Origin: Candidatus Sumerlaeia bacterium
GTDB taxonomy: Bacteria; Sumerlaeota; Sumerlaeia; SLMS01
Assembly (NCBI GenBank): GCA_038208905.1
Contig: JBBQYG010000007.1
Span: 1-53,047 of the forward strand
Reading direction: 5' to 3'
Length of the DNA: 53,047 nt
The notes beneath the pieces are model-generated. The model ran no database searches and was not told the DNA's origin. It was given only the letters and a program-made list of their open reading frames with translations. Within the stretch, counting starts at the first letter, position 1, and the number at the start of each line of letters is the position of its first letter. Position numbers and translations under genes: made by a program. Shown piece by piece: positions 26,860 through 36,481 of the stretch.

Positions 26860-27441
26860 ATGATCGATCAGCGCACTTTCGAATGCCTGAAGAAAGCGAA
26901 TGTCAAGTTGGGGCTTGACACGATCCTGTGCCTTGCGCCTATAACTTTTCTCGAAGCGCGGCTGGCTGACGCTGTCGTATATCACCCGATCCGGACATTA
27001 GCCGAGCTTCGAGTCGATTCGGGCGCGGGAACGGCACCCCGCATGGTTATTCACGATCCCATTGCTGCGGAGCTCGCCGACTGGAGCCGCGGACGGGTTG
27101 GGGACTTTCGCAAGATCATGGGCAATTTGGAGATGATCGCCACGCACGCCCAAATTGAGAACCCAAACATCCTGAAGCCCGTCCGTCACAAGCAGGCCAA
27201 GGGCCTCTCTGAGGTGACCGTGAAGAATGGGCAGGCGCGGCTTTTTGTTTTCCAAGATCCCCATGACGGAAAGAGCCTCGTGGCGACCGGTACCTACATC
27301 AAACGGGGGAATGTCGGCGAGAAGGAGCTGAAGAAGCAGGACCAAGCGATACTTCGCGCCGCCGAGCGGCGAGACTTGTGGATCCAAGCCGCACCCATCG
27401 CTGGACTGACGACGTGGCGCGTACTCAGGAGAGGAAACTGA
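26860..27441 (+). CDS. RelE/HigB (Gp49-like) toxin with N-terminal extension
   Basis: C-terminal half GLSEVTVKNGQARLFVFQD..LVATGTYIKR..QAILRAAERR fits the Gp49/HigB pattern; lies directly upstream of an HTH gene. Confidence 0.65.
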   Translation: MIDQRTFECLKKANVKLGLDTILCLAPITFLEARLADAVVYHPIRTLAELRVDSGAGTAPRMVIHDPIAAELADWSRGRVGDFRKIMGNLEMIATHAQIENPNILKPVRHKQAKGLSEVTVKNGQARLFVFQDPHDGKSLVATGTYIKRGNVGEKELKKQDQAILRAAERRDLWIQAAPIAGLTTWRVLRRGN

Positions 27442-27442
27442 C

Positions 27443-28027
27443 ATGAGCAACAAGATCGCGAGCCTCACCCAGGCCGAACTCTGGGGAGCGCTCCAGAACC
27501 AACTTGAATCCGGAACCCTCGGGGAGCCCGTGGCCGGGGAGGTTCCCGACCTGGCCGCCGATCCCGACTACCTGTTCGAAGTGCTGCGTACGCGGCTTGC
27601 CGAGCATCTCTATCGCGCCATGAAGGCGGCTGGCCTGAACGAGAACAAACTGGCCCGGAAGCTCGGCGTTTCGCGGCAGGCCGTGAACGAGGTTTTTCAG
27701 ATGAAAACCAATATGACACTCAAGTCGCTTGCAAGATTCTGCGCCGCGCTGAATGTGGAGCCGATTGTGGGCGTCCAACAGCGCAAGCAAGATGTGATCG
27801 ATCCCGTTCCTATCATGGATGCAGTGTCCTCACGGCCCATCTCGATACCTCTGCCGGCGGCCGCCTCTGGTGGTCAGGTGGACTGGGGGCTATCGGGCTT
27901 GCCCGCCGGTTCGACGGGGCTTCTAGACATCGTTAATTGCGAAAAGTCTCGGGCCGCGAAAGGCAGTAGAAATGGGATACGTGTCGCCCCCCCCAAGGCG
28001 CCCGTCGGTAGGACGATGGCTGCATGA
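27443..28027 (+). CDS. XRE-HTH antitoxin (HigA-like) with long C-terminal tail
   Basis: LYRAMKAAGLNENKLARKLGVSRQAVNEVFQMKTNMTLKSLARFCAAL; about 85-aa low-structure tail ending in MAA. Confidence 0.85.
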   Translation: MSNKIASLTQAELWGALQNQLESGTLGEPVAGEVPDLAADPDYLFEVLRTRLAEHLYRAMKAAGLNENKLARKLGVSRQAVNEVFQMKTNMTLKSLARFCAALNVEPIVGVQQRKQDVIDPVPIMDAVSSRPISIPLPAAASGGQVDWGLSGLPAGSTGLLDIVNCEKSRAAKGSRNGIRVAPPKAPVGRTMAA

Positions 28028-28554
28028 AAGATCCGCAAGCCATCATCCAACTCGTCGATTTCGCGTTGGTGGATATTCGCCTCAAGGCGCCAGACGTCAT
28101 TAAGGGGGACTCTTCTCGCCCTAGCGAAGTTTCCTTTGAATTCGCACCTTGCATTTCAGATGAATCTCCTTGCGAATTCCGGCTCTATTTGACCGTCGGA
28201 TTCTCGTCGGGATTCGAGGCGGGTCGCCCGTTGGGGCTGGATGGGTCAGCCACTATTGGCGGCCATTTCCATTGCCCAGATGAGATTCCGCAGGACCAGC
28301 GTCACATGCTCGTCCTCTACAATGGATCTCTCATCCTCTACGGCCTGCTGCGTGGCCAAATCGCTGCAATTACAGGTGCGTTCCCGACCGGGAAATTCAT
28401 GCTCCCATCGGTAAACATGCAGCAGGTCATTCAGAATTCCGTCGAAAAGGAGTTGGCTGTGGCAGCGTCCAGTAACAGGCCCTCCTCCAAAGCAATCGGA
28501 AGCAAGACCCCAAAGGCAACCGCGACACGGAAGCGCAAGAACCTCTCGAAGTAG
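28024..28554 (+). CDS. SecB-like chaperone
   Basis: ATGA overlap; beta-rich N-terminus, then GHFH..VLYNGSLILYGLLRGQIAAITGAFPTGKFMLPSVNM, the SecB-like helix and LP.vN signature. Confidence 0.85.
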   Translation: MKDPQAIIQLVDFALVDIRLKAPDVIKGDSSRPSEVSFEFAPCISDESPCEFRLYLTVGFSSGFEAGRPLGLDGSATIGGHFHCPDEIPQDQRHMLVLYNGSLILYGLLRGQIAAITGAFPTGKFMLPSVNMQQVIQNSVEKELAVAASSNRPSSKAIGSKTPKATATRKRKNLSK

Positions 28555-28589
28555 TCCCCCGCCCCTTCCGCCTTGCGCCACCTTACCCG

Positions 28590-29882
28590 TTGGCCTCTTC
28601 TCGGCCCCCGGGGGGCGATCGCCTCCCCGTTGCCAAGAATAGAGCAGCCCGTCCCTTGATTGAATCGACCGACAGCAGCACCGACTCCGCGGCGATCCCG
28701 CGCGGTGTCTGGCATCTGGCGGTTCTGTCGGGGCTTGTCTATACGGCCGGAGCTGTCTATACGCCGGTTCTCGATCGACTCGTGAGAGAGCCCTTCGGGC
28801 TGACCAACAAGGAAACATCCGGATTCTTCATGGCCAACGTCGCGGCGACGCTGTGCTTCGCGGTGCTGTTTGGCTGGATGTCCGACCGGCTGGGCCGGCG
28901 CGTGCCGCTGATTTGCGCGGGTCTCGCGGGTGCGGGGGTACTGACGGCTGCGCTTCCGCATTTACACGACTACCAGGCGCTCCTGTGGCTTCGCTTCGCC
29001 CAGGGTATCTTCGAGACCTGCGCAAGCGTCCTCATCGTGGCTCGTGCACTCGACCTATCCGGCGCCGGGAATCGTGCGGGCGTGATGGGAAGGGTCGCCA
29101 TTGGGATTCCCGCGGGATACCTGATGGCCCCTGTCGTGACCGGCTTGCTCGGCGATGGACCACTCTGGATCCTCTTCGGCCTCCTTGGCGCATCGCTCGT
29201 CGTCGGCGCCGCGAGCCTTCTGCCGGGGATAGCATCCCCGGAGAAGATTTCCCATCGCCACGCCCCCATTCCCGCGCGCGGGATCCTAGCGATCGTCCTC
29301 GCGGCGCCCGTGATCTTGATTCCGTTTATGCTGGGAATCGCCGACCGGGTGACGATCGGCGCGGTGGCGGTGCTCACAAGCGCGACCATGAAGGACGTCC
29401 ACGGGATCACGTCTGTCAGGTTCATCTCCATGGCCACGCTGGCCTACTGCATCGGTTTCATCGCGCTATCGCGCCCCACGCGGGATTTCTGCCGTCGCTT
29501 CGGCGTCGAAAAAACTCTCCTGCTCGGATCGCTGGCTTACGGCGCATTCTTCGCGTTTCTTGGCACCACCAGCCTTTCCCTGTTCATTACCCTCTTTTTC
29601 CTCAGCGGCGCGGCATCCGCCGTCGTGTACATTGGCTGCATCGCGATGATTGCCGACCGGTGTCGGCCCGAGGAGCGCGGCCTGATGATGGGCGTCTTCA
29701 ACACTGTTGGAACAGTGGGCGTTCTTCTCGGGATGCCGCTGAATGGAATCCTAAGCACGCGGAGCTACGCGCTCGCGTGGGGGACCTCGGGGGCCCTGAT
29801 GGCCGCCTCAGCCGTGCTTGCAGCCGTCCTCCTCCCCGTTCTAGCGCGCCGCGGCGGGCGCGCCGAACCCTCGGCGCGATAA
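28590..29882 (+). CDS. MFS transporter
   Basis: Motif [17 protein letters not shown]; about 12 TM segments; PEERGLMMG. Start uncertain. Confidence 0.9.
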   Translation: MASSRPPGGDRLPVAKNRAARPLIESTDSSTDSAAIPRGVWHLAVLSGLVYTAGAVYTPVLDRLVREPFGLTNKETSGFFMANVAATLCFAVLFGWMSDRLGRRVPLICAGLAGAGVLTAALPHLHDYQALLWLRFAQGIFETCASVLIVARALDLSGAGNRAGVMGRVAIGIPAGYLMAPVVTGLLGDGPLWILFGLLGASLVVGAASLLPGIASPEKISHRHAPIPARGILAIVLAAPVILIPFMLGIADRVTIGAVAVLTSATMKDVHGITSVRFISMATLAYCIGFIALSRPTRDFCRRFGVEKTLLLGSLAYGAFFAFLGTTSLSLFITLFFLSGAASAVVYIGCIAMIADRCRPEERGLMMGVFNTVGTVGVLLGMPLNGILSTRSYALAWGTSGALMAASAVLAAVLLPVLARRGGRAEPSAR

Positions 29883-30088
29883 AGCGCGCCTCCCTTGGCC
29901 GGGCGTTTGCACGTGACTTTCCCGTGTCGCGACCGCGTTCCCCCTTGACGTGGGAAGGGTGCTTGCCAAACCTCCCCGCCGGTTGCGCCGTTGCCGGACC
30001 CGCACTGCGTCGGTCCCGTCTCGATCGCCGACCAGGCGACTTACCAAAGCATCACGCAAAGCGCCGCACACTCTATCAGAGGATCATC

Positions 30089-32215
30089 ATGGCAAGGAAG
30101 AAGCCGCTCTCGCTCGTCAGAAACATCGGCATCATGGCTCACATCGACGCCGGCAAGACCACCACCACCGAGCGAGTCCTCTACTACACCGGCAAGATTC
30201 ACAAGATCGGCGAAGTCCACGACGGCGCGGCAACGACCGACTGGATGGAGCAGGAGCAGGAGCGCGGCATCACCATCACCTCCGCCGCCACCCGCTGCTA
30301 TTGGACCTCCAAGCCCTTCGAGGACACGCCCGAGTCCGAATACGAAATCAACATCATCGACACCCCCGGCCACGTTGACTTCACCGTGGAAGTGGAGCGC
30401 TCGATCCGCGTCCTCGACGGCGCCGTGGCGCTCTTCTGCGCCGTGGGCGGCGTCGAGCCCCAGTCCGAGACCGTGTGGCGCCAAGCCGACAAGTACGGCG
30501 TCCCCCGCATGGCCTTCGTCAACAAGATGGACCGCATCGGCGCGGACTTCCTGGGCGCCATCCAGATGATGCGGGACCGCCTCAAGTGCCATCCCGTCCC
30601 CCTTCAGTACCCCATCGGGGCCGAGGAATTTTTCACGGGCATGGTGGACCTCATCACGCTGACCGCCCGCGTTTGGGACAAGAACGACGACCAGGGCAAG
30701 ACTTGGCGCGATATCCCCGTGCCCCCTGATCTTGCCGACGAGGTCGCGAAGTACCGCGAAATGATGCTCGAGTCCCTCGCCGAGTACGACGACGACTTCG
30801 CCGTCAAGTTCCTCGACGGCTATGCCTTCACTCCCGACGAGCTCAAGCGCGCAATCCGCAGCGCCACGCTCAAGTGCAAGATCACCCCCGTGATGTGCGG
30901 GTCCGCGTTCAAGAACAAGGGCGTCCAGCTCCTTCTCGACGCAGTTGCCGCCTTCCTGCCGTCCCCCAGCGACGTCCTCTCCATCAAGGGCGAGGATCCC
31001 CAGGGCGACGTGGCCGAGCGCCTCTCCAATGACGACGAGCCCTTCAGCTCGCTCGCCTTCAAGGTCATGCGCGACCCCCGCGGCGTGGACAAGCTCACCT
31101 ACATCCGCATCTACTCCGGCGTCCTCAAGGCCGGCAGCTACGTCTATAACGCCAACCGCGACACCAACGAGCGCATTGGCCGCATCTACATCATGAACGC
31201 CGTTGACCGCGAGGCCACGGAAGAAGCCCGCACGGGCGACATCGTCGCACTCGTGGGCCTCAAGAACACTGGCACCGGCGACACGCTCTGCGATCCCGAC
31301 AATCCCGTGCGCCTCGAGTCCATGACGTTCCCAGAGCCCGTGATCAGCGTCGCCGTGGAGCCCAAGACCAAGGCCGACCAGGACAAGATGGGCAAGGCCC
31401 TCGCCCGTCTCATGGAAGAGGACCCCACCTTCCGCGTTATGTCCGACAAGGAAACCAACCAGACCGTCATCTACGGAATGGGCGAGCTCCACCTCGAAAT
31501 CATCGTGGACCGCATGAAGCGCGAGGACAAGGTCGAGTGCACCGTGGGCCGCCCCCAGGTTGCCTATCGCGAGACCATCACCAAGGTCGTCGAGTCCGAG
31601 GGCAAGTTCGTGCGTCAGTCCGGCGGTCGCGGCCAGTACGGCCACTGCTGGCTGCGCGTGGAGCCCAACGATCCCGGCCACGGCTTCACCTTCAAGAACG
31701 AAGTCGTTGGCGGCGTTATTCCCCGCGAATACATCGCCCCCATCGAGCAGGGCATCGTCGAGGCCATGACCAGCGGAACCATGGCGGGCTACCCCGTCGT
31801 CGACATCCGCGTGTCGGTCTTCGACGGCTCCTACCACGACGTCGACTCCAACGAAATGGCGTTCAAGGTCGCCGCGTCGATGGGCTTCAAGGAAGGCTGC
31901 CGCAGGGCCGGCCCGATCCTCCTCGAGCCGATCTTCGAGCTCGAGGCCGTCACCCCCGAAGAGTACCTCGGCGACGTCATCGGCAACCTGAACCAGCGTC
32001 GCGGCCGCATCGGCGAGATCAACGACCGCCACGGCGCCAAGGTCGTCACCGCCAAGGTGCCGCTCGCCGAGATGTTCGGCTACGCCACAGATATCCGCAA
32101 CCTCACCTCGGGGCGCGCCTCGTTCTCCATGCAGTTTAGCAACTACGAGCCCGTTCCCAAGAGCATCGAGGAAAAGGTCATCGGCGAGCGTTCCGCGATC
32201 TCCCACCGCGGCTAA
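30089..32215 (+). CDS. fusA: Elongation factor G
   Basis: [63 protein letters not shown]. True start is ATG 30089. Confidence 0.98.
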   Translation: MARKKPLSLVRNIGIMAHIDAGKTTTTERVLYYTGKIHKIGEVHDGAATTDWMEQEQERGITITSAATRCYWTSKPFEDTPESEYEINIIDTPGHVDFTVEVERSIRVLDGAVALFCAVGGVEPQSETVWRQADKYGVPRMAFVNKMDRIGADFLGAIQMMRDRLKCHPVPLQYPIGAEEFFTGMVDLITLTARVWDKNDDQGKTWRDIPVPPDLADEVAKYREMMLESLAEYDDDFAVKFLDGYAFTPDELKRAIRSATLKCKITPVMCGSAFKNKGVQLLLDAVAAFLPSPSDVLSIKGEDPQGDVAERLSNDDEPFSSLAFKVMRDPRGVDKLTYIRIYSGVLKAGSYVYNANRDTNERIGRIYIMNAVDREATEEARTGDIVALVGLKNTGTGDTLCDPDNPVRLESMTFPEPVISVAVEPKTKADQDKMGKALARLMEEDPTFRVMSDKETNQTVIYGMGELHLEIIVDRMKREDKVECTVGRPQVAYRETITKVVESEGKFVRQSGGRGQYGHCWLRVEPNDPGHGFTFKNEVVGGVIPREYIAPIEQGIVEAMTSGTMAGYPVVDIRVSVFDGSYHDVDSNEMAFKVAASMGFKEGCRRAGPILLEPIFELEAVTPEEYLGDVIGNLNQRRGRIGEINDRHGAKVVTAKVPLAEMFGYATDIRNLTSGRASFSMQFSNYEPVPKSIEEKVIGERSAISHRG

Positions 32216-32251
32216 CCGGCCCCCCGGGCCATCCAGCATCACACCAGCAAC

Positions 32252-32296
32252 GCGCGGGGCGGAAAGACTTCGGTCTTCCCGCCCCGCGCTTCGTTT
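32252..32296 (+). terminator. Intrinsic terminator of fusA
   Basis: GCGCGGGGCGG-A-AAGAC-TTCG-GTCTT-C-CCGCCCCGCGC followed by TTCGTTT; cUUCGg tetraloop. Confidence 0.8.
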
Positions 32297-32325
32297 CAGG
32301 ACCTCGCCGCAATCCGCCAGGCACG

Positions 32326-32354
32326 AAAAAGCCCCGCCACTCGGGCGGGGCTTT
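32326..32354 (-). terminator. Intrinsic terminator of rplU-rpmA (possibly bidirectional)
   Basis: AAAAAGCCCCGCC-actcg-GGCGGGGCTTT. Confidence 0.85.
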
Positions 32355-32385
32355 CGACGTCTGGATGATTCAGACGACAGCGCGC

Positions 32386-32661
32386 TTAGTTTAGCGACGC
32401 CGCCTCGGTCTCCGTCAGGATGTGCACGAGCTTGCGGCCCGACTTCTTGGTCTGGAAGCTCACCTTGCCGGTGACCTTCGCAAACAGCGTGAAGTCGCGA
32501 CCCTGCCCGACGTTCTTGCCGGGATAAATCTTATTGCCGACCTGGCGGACGAGAATCGATCCACCCGGGACGAGCTTGCCGTCGGGCTCCTTGGTACCGC
32601 GCCGTTGCGCGTTGGAGTCCCGGCCGTTCTTCGATGAGCCTACGCCTTTTTTGTGAGCCAT
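32386..32661 (-). CDS. rpmA: 50S ribosomal protein L27
   Basis: [41 protein letters not shown]. Confidence 0.98.
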   Translation of the reverse strand: MAHKKGVGSSKNGRDSNAQRRGTKEPDGKLVPGGSILVRQVGNKIYPGKNVGQGRDFTLFAKVTGKVSFQTKKSGRKLVHILTETEAASLN

Positions 32662-32693
32662 TGCAGGATTGGTCCTTTATTCGGTGGAGATAC

Positions 32694-33023
32694 TTAGGTC
32701 AGGTCGCGGCCGTTGTGGGCGATACCGAGGATCTTGATCTCGGTGAAGGGCTGACGATGGCCGAGGCGGCGCTCGTAGCCCTTGCGGCGCTTGAACTTGT
32801 AAACGTCGATCTTCTTGGCCTTGTCCTGACGAAGGACCTTGGCCTTCACGGAGGCGCCCGTCACTCGGGGCTCGCCGATTTCCACGCCGCTGTCGGTGCC
32901 GATCAGCAGCACGTCCTCGAGCTCGATGGTCTCGCCCTTCTCAACTTCGATCTTCTCGACCTGAATCACGTCGCCTGGCGACACACGGTACTGGTGACCG
33001 CCCTGGCGGAGGATTACATACAT
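32694..33023 (-). CDS. rplU: 50S ribosomal protein L21
   Basis: MYVILRQGGHQYRVSPGD..KFKRRKGY..GHRQPFT. Start is ATG 33023. Confidence 0.97.
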   Translation of the reverse strand: MYVILRQGGHQYRVSPGDVIQVEKIEVEKGETIELEDVLLIGTDSGVEIGEPRVTGASVKAKVLRQDKAKKIDVYKFKRRKGYERRLGHRQPFTEIKILGIAHNGRDLT

Positions 33024-33116
33024 GGCGTCTTTGTCCTTTATCAAATGAAGTGTACTCAGCGCTCTAGGGCGCGGCGAGCAGGCGGCCATGAAAATGCCCG
33101 CATCGCAAGGGGCGGA

Positions 33117-33145
33117 AAGCTCCCCGAGGGGGGCTCCCCTGTCAA
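33117..33145 (-). promoter_or_regulatory. Candidate sigma-70 promoter for rplU-rpmA
   Basis: Perfect TTGACA, 17-nt spacer, then GAGCTT (weak -10) on the minus strand. Confidence 0.45.
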
Positions 33146-33167
33146 GGCGGAATCGCGCGGATTTGCG

Positions 33168-34574
33168 CTACTTGAACAGCGACGGATCGATTCCCAGCTT
33201 CTCCAGCTTATCATAGAAATTCCGGCGGCTCATTCCGGCCTTCCTGGCCGCTTCCGTCACGTTGCCGACGCAGGACTTCAGGACGCCGTGGATGTAATCC
33301 ACCTCGAAGCGCTCGCGGGCTTCGCGGTAGTCGAGCGCCTGGCCGGGCGGGTGGTGGCTGGCCCCGGGGGAGGTGGGGGAGTGGCCAGCGGCGGGCTGGG
33401 GGGTGAGCTGGGAGTCGAAGACGGCCAGCTCCAGCAGCACGTCCTCCGTGATCATGTCGCTGTCGCTGAGCACCGCGACGCGCTCGATGAAGTTCCTCAG
33501 CTCGCGCACGTTGCCGGGCCACTGGAGGCGCTTGAGCTTGACGAGGAAGCTGGGATGCAGTGCCAGCCGCGGGCGACCGCCACGCTCGCGCAGAATGCCG
33601 ATGATGTGCTCGGCGATGATGGGGATGTCGTCCAGCCGCTCGCGTAGCGGCGGCATCTTGAGCTTGATGACGTTGAGGCGGTAGTACAGGTCCTCGCGGA
33701 ACTCGCCGGTCTGCACCGCCGTCTCCAGCCGCCTGTTCGTCGCCGCGATCACGCGTATGTCCACGGGCATGCTGTGGACAGAACCGACGCGGGAAATCTC
33801 CCGCTCCTGCAGGACGCGGAGCAGCTTCGCCTGCATCGCCACGGGGAGCTCGCCGATCTCGTCGAGGAAGAGCGTCCCGCCGCTCGCCGCCTCGACTAGT
33901 CCCGTCTTCGCCTCGTGGGCGCCGGTGAAGGAACCCTTCTCGTGGCCGAAAAGCTCGCTCTCGATCAGGCTCTCGGGAATCGAGGCGCAGTTGATGGCGA
34001 TGAAGCGTCCCTTCGACCGCGCCGACTGGCGATGGATCGCGCGCGCCGCGAGTTCTTTGCCGGTGCCACTCTCGCCGTAGATCAGCACGGAGCTTTCCGA
34101 CGGTGCGATCCGCGCGATCATCTCGCGGACCGAGCGCATTTCCGGTGACTCGCCGAGCAGTTCGTTGTCCGGAGCCTTCGCCCTCGGAGTTGGCGCGCGA
34201 TCGGCCACCGGGGCAGACTGCGCCGCGCGCCGGACCGTTGCCAGAAGCGCCTTCGTGTCGAAGGGCTTCGTCACGTAGTCGAAGGCGCCGTTCTTCACGC
34301 ATCTCATCGCGCTCTCGATGCTGCCATAGGCCGTCATCACGATCACCGCCCCGCGAAATCCCGCCGCGCGAAGGCGCTCCAGCACTTCCTCGCCGGTCAT
34401 CTCCGGCATGCGCAGATCCGTGATCACAACCTCCGCGCCGCGCTTCGCAACGTGGGTCAGTGCATTCTCCGCCGAGTCGAAGGCGGTCACCGCGTGGCCC
34501 TCCAGGCGGAGGAGCTTGGTCAGCACCACCCCCATGTTGGGCTCGTCGTCGATGACCACCACGCGGGCTGTCAC
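33168..34574 (-). CDS. Sigma-54-dependent response regulator (NtrC family: REC-AAA+-Fis HTH)
   Basis: IDDE, TDLRMP, GESGTGKE, ESELFGHEKGSFTGA, FLDEIG, FREDLYYRLNV, WPGNVREL, GNVTEAARKAGMSR. Confidence 0.96.
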   Translation of the reverse strand: MTARVVVIDDEPNMGVVLTKLLRLEGHAVTAFDSAENALTHVAKRGAEVVITDLRMPEMTGEEVLERLRAAGFRGAVIVMTAYGSIESAMRCVKNGAFDYVTKPFDTKALLATVRRAAQSAPVADRAPTPRAKAPDNELLGESPEMRSVREMIARIAPSESSVLIYGESGTGKELAARAIHRQSARSKGRFIAINCASIPESLIESELFGHEKGSFTGAHEAKTGLVEAASGGTLFLDEIGELPVAMQAKLLRVLQEREISRVGSVHSMPVDIRVIAATNRRLETAVQTGEFREDLYYRLNVIKLKMPPLRERLDDIPIIAEHIIGILRERGGRPRLALHPSFLVKLKRLQWPGNVRELRNFIERVAVLSDSDMITEDVLLELAVFDSQLTPQPAAGHSPTSPGASHHPPGQALDYREARERFEVDYIHGVLKSCVGNVTEAARKAGMSRRNFYDKLEKLGIDPSLFK

Positions 34575-35866
34575 GGCGCAGCCTCGGCCACGGGCGCCAG
34601 GAACGGAGCCAGCTGGGATTCGAAGCGGCGTGGCACCTCAACCTCCAGATGTGCGCCGTCCTCGTCGTAGGCCGTGGAGACGACCTTCCCCTCGCGATGG
34701 ATCAGGCTCACCACGTCGTGGCGCGAGAGCGGAATCACGAGCCGCAGATGCGCCAGGTCCTGGCCCGCCATCTCCGCCATCTTCGCGGCCAGTTCCTCCA
34801 GCCCGTCGCCGCGGATGACGCTTGTCAGCACATGGGGCTGCGCCGCCGCGCGGACCGCCGCCAGCGCGATCTCGTCGGTTACCAGATCGACCTTGTTCAG
34901 CACATACAGCATCGGCTTGTCGAAGGCGTCGAGCTCGCGCAGCACATCGTTGGTGGCCTCGATCTGGGCCAGCGCCGCGGGATGGCTCGCGTCCACCACA
35001 TGCATCAGGAAGTCGGAGAGCTGTGCCTCTTCCAGTGTCGCCTTGAAGGCTTCCACCAGCATCGTCGGCAGCTTGCGGATGAAGCCCACCGTGTCCGTCA
35101 CCAGCAGCGGCTGGTTGTTGCGCATCTTCACCTTGCGCGTCGTAGGGTCCAGCGTGGCGAAGAGCTGGTCTTCCGCCAGCACCCCCGCGCCCGTCAGCGC
35201 GTTCAGCAGCGAGGACTTTCCCGAGTTGGTGTAGCCGACGAGCGCCGCCGACGGCACGGACTTGTCGCGCCGCGTCTTGCGCTGGTTGGCGCGTTGCAGG
35301 CGCACGTTCTTCAGTTCAATGCGCAGTGCGTGTATCTCGTCGCGGACGATGCGCCGGTCCACCTCGATCTGGGCCTCGCCCGCGCCGCCGGTGAAGCCGC
35401 CGCCGCCGCGCTGGCGCTCGAGGTGGGTCCACGCGCGCTTGAGGCGGGGGAGCGAATACTCCATGCGCGCCACCTGAACCTGCAGGCGCGCCTCGCGCGT
35501 TCGCGCGCGCTGGCCAAAGATCGTCAGGATCACCTCGCGGCGATCAATCACGGCGATGCCGCTCAACTCCTCCCAGTTGCGCTGCTGCGCGGGGGAAAGC
35601 TCGTCGTCGAAGATGATCACCTCCGCCTCCAGCGCGAGGGCAGTCTCCTTGATTGTGTCCGCTCGACCGCTGCCGACGAAGAGCTTCGGGTTGGGCTTGG
35701 CCATCGTGGCCATTTCCTGCCCCGCCACCTCGACGCCCATCGTGTCGGAAAGGCGCACAAGCTCCGTCAGGTGCTCGTCGGCGACGCTGCGCTCCATGCG
35801 GTTTCGCTGGACGCCCACGATGTAGGCGCGGGCCCACTTCTTTTCTCTTTTGGCGTTATCGAGCAA
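34571..35866 (-). CDS. hflX: GTPase HflX
   Basis: LSPAQQRN, GAGEAQIEVDRR, GYTNSGKS, LFATLDPT, DTVGFI, NKVD. Confidence 0.96.
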   Translation of the reverse strand: MLDNAKREKKWARAYIVGVQRNRMERSVADEHLTELVRLSDTMGVEVAGQEMATMAKPNPKLFVGSGRADTIKETALALEAEVIIFDDELSPAQQRNWEELSGIAVIDRREVILTIFGQRARTREARLQVQVARMEYSLPRLKRAWTHLERQRGGGGFTGGAGEAQIEVDRRIVRDEIHALRIELKNVRLQRANQRKTRRDKSVPSAALVGYTNSGKSSLLNALTGAGVLAEDQLFATLDPTTRKVKMRNNQPLLVTDTVGFIRKLPTMLVEAFKATLEEAQLSDFLMHVVDASHPAALAQIEATNDVLRELDAFDKPMLYVLNKVDLVTDEIALAAVRAAAQPHVLTSVIRGDGLEELAAKMAEMAGQDLAHLRLVIPLSRHDVVSLIHREGKVVSTAYDEDGAHLEVEVPRRFESQLAPFLAPVAEAAP

Positions 35867-35964
35867 TTTTATCCGATCTGGTGTTTGGTTGGATGATGTC
35901 GTGGCTCAAGTAAGGGACGGGCGCGATGGGCTGGCAAAGGAAAACAAGGCGGTGGCGCCCGCTG

Positions 35965-36270
35965 GAAAAGTCAGCGGGCCCCCTCTTGCGAGGGGGCCCG
36001 TAAAGTCTTGGTGGCTGTGGCGGAGAGGCACTTAGGTGGGAAGTGTTTGGCGGGAGTGTCTAGGTAGGATTGGTGTCCCTATATCGGGAGCGGGGAGTTT
36101 TCGGTAGGATAACCCCGGGGTGTTAGCCCAGGAGACACGCCTCTCTGTTCAGTTGCTCCACCGAGACTGAGCGAATCGTTTTGGGAGCGTTTTTGCAGGT
36201 CTCCTTTCTCTGTCCGCCGACTCGACCGACTGACTACCGCGTCGGTTTGGTAATCCGGCTGTTGTTACTG
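35965..36270 (-). ncRNA. Candidate structured sRNA or long hflX leader (about 300 nt)
   Basis: No credible ORF; bounded by a sigma-54-like promoter and a hairpin; internal helices and repeated C-rich motifs. Confidence 0.45.
35975..36000 (-). terminator. Perfect 11-bp hairpin with GCAA loop, probable terminator
   Basis: Minus strand reads CGGGCCCCCTC-GCAA-GAGGGGGCCCG-CTGACTTTT. Confidence 0.65.
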
Positions 36271-36280
36271 CCAGAGAATT

Positions 36281-36297
36281 AGCGTATTCTGTGCCAA
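36281..36297 (-). promoter_or_regulatory. Candidate sigma-54 (-24/-12) promoter
   Basis: TTGGCACAGAATACGCT has GG-N10-GC spacing and a perfect TGGCAC, with an imperfect -12 (ACGC instead of TTGC). Confidence 0.5.
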
Positions 36298-36481
36298 CGC
36301 GAATATCGCGGTGTACGGGAAAAAATTGCGACCTAATCGGCCAAGGCGACCGATTGTGCGTCTCGATTATGGACTGGGCTCTCCCACCGGGATGCGCCGC
36401 TGCGCCGGGGACTGTCGCGCCGGTGCAACGAGTGGAGATGGTGGGAGAAACTTTGAAGGCGAGTGGCGGGAAGCCCCGCCG

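Noticed and set aside
28853-30088. Apparent 1120-aa EF-G
   Set aside because: The Arg/Pro-rich extension overlaps the MFS gene out of frame; an artefact of high GC content.
30041-32242. 733-aa antisense ORF opposite fusA (similarly 20815..23220 and 23067..24995)
   Set aside because: Mirror frames produced by strong codon bias in real genes.
32386-33023. Prp-type L27 processing system
   Set aside because: L27 begins MAHKK with no N-terminal extension, and no protease gene lies between rplU and rpmA.
36030-36115. Short repeats as a possible CRISPR array
   Set aside because: Units are only about 8-14 nt, imperfect, without unique 30-40 nt spacers, and there are no cas genes.
36080-36200. Small minus-strand ORF after AAAGGAGA
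   Set aside because: Only a CTG start is available with poor spacing, and the AGGAGAC is better explained as a helix arm.
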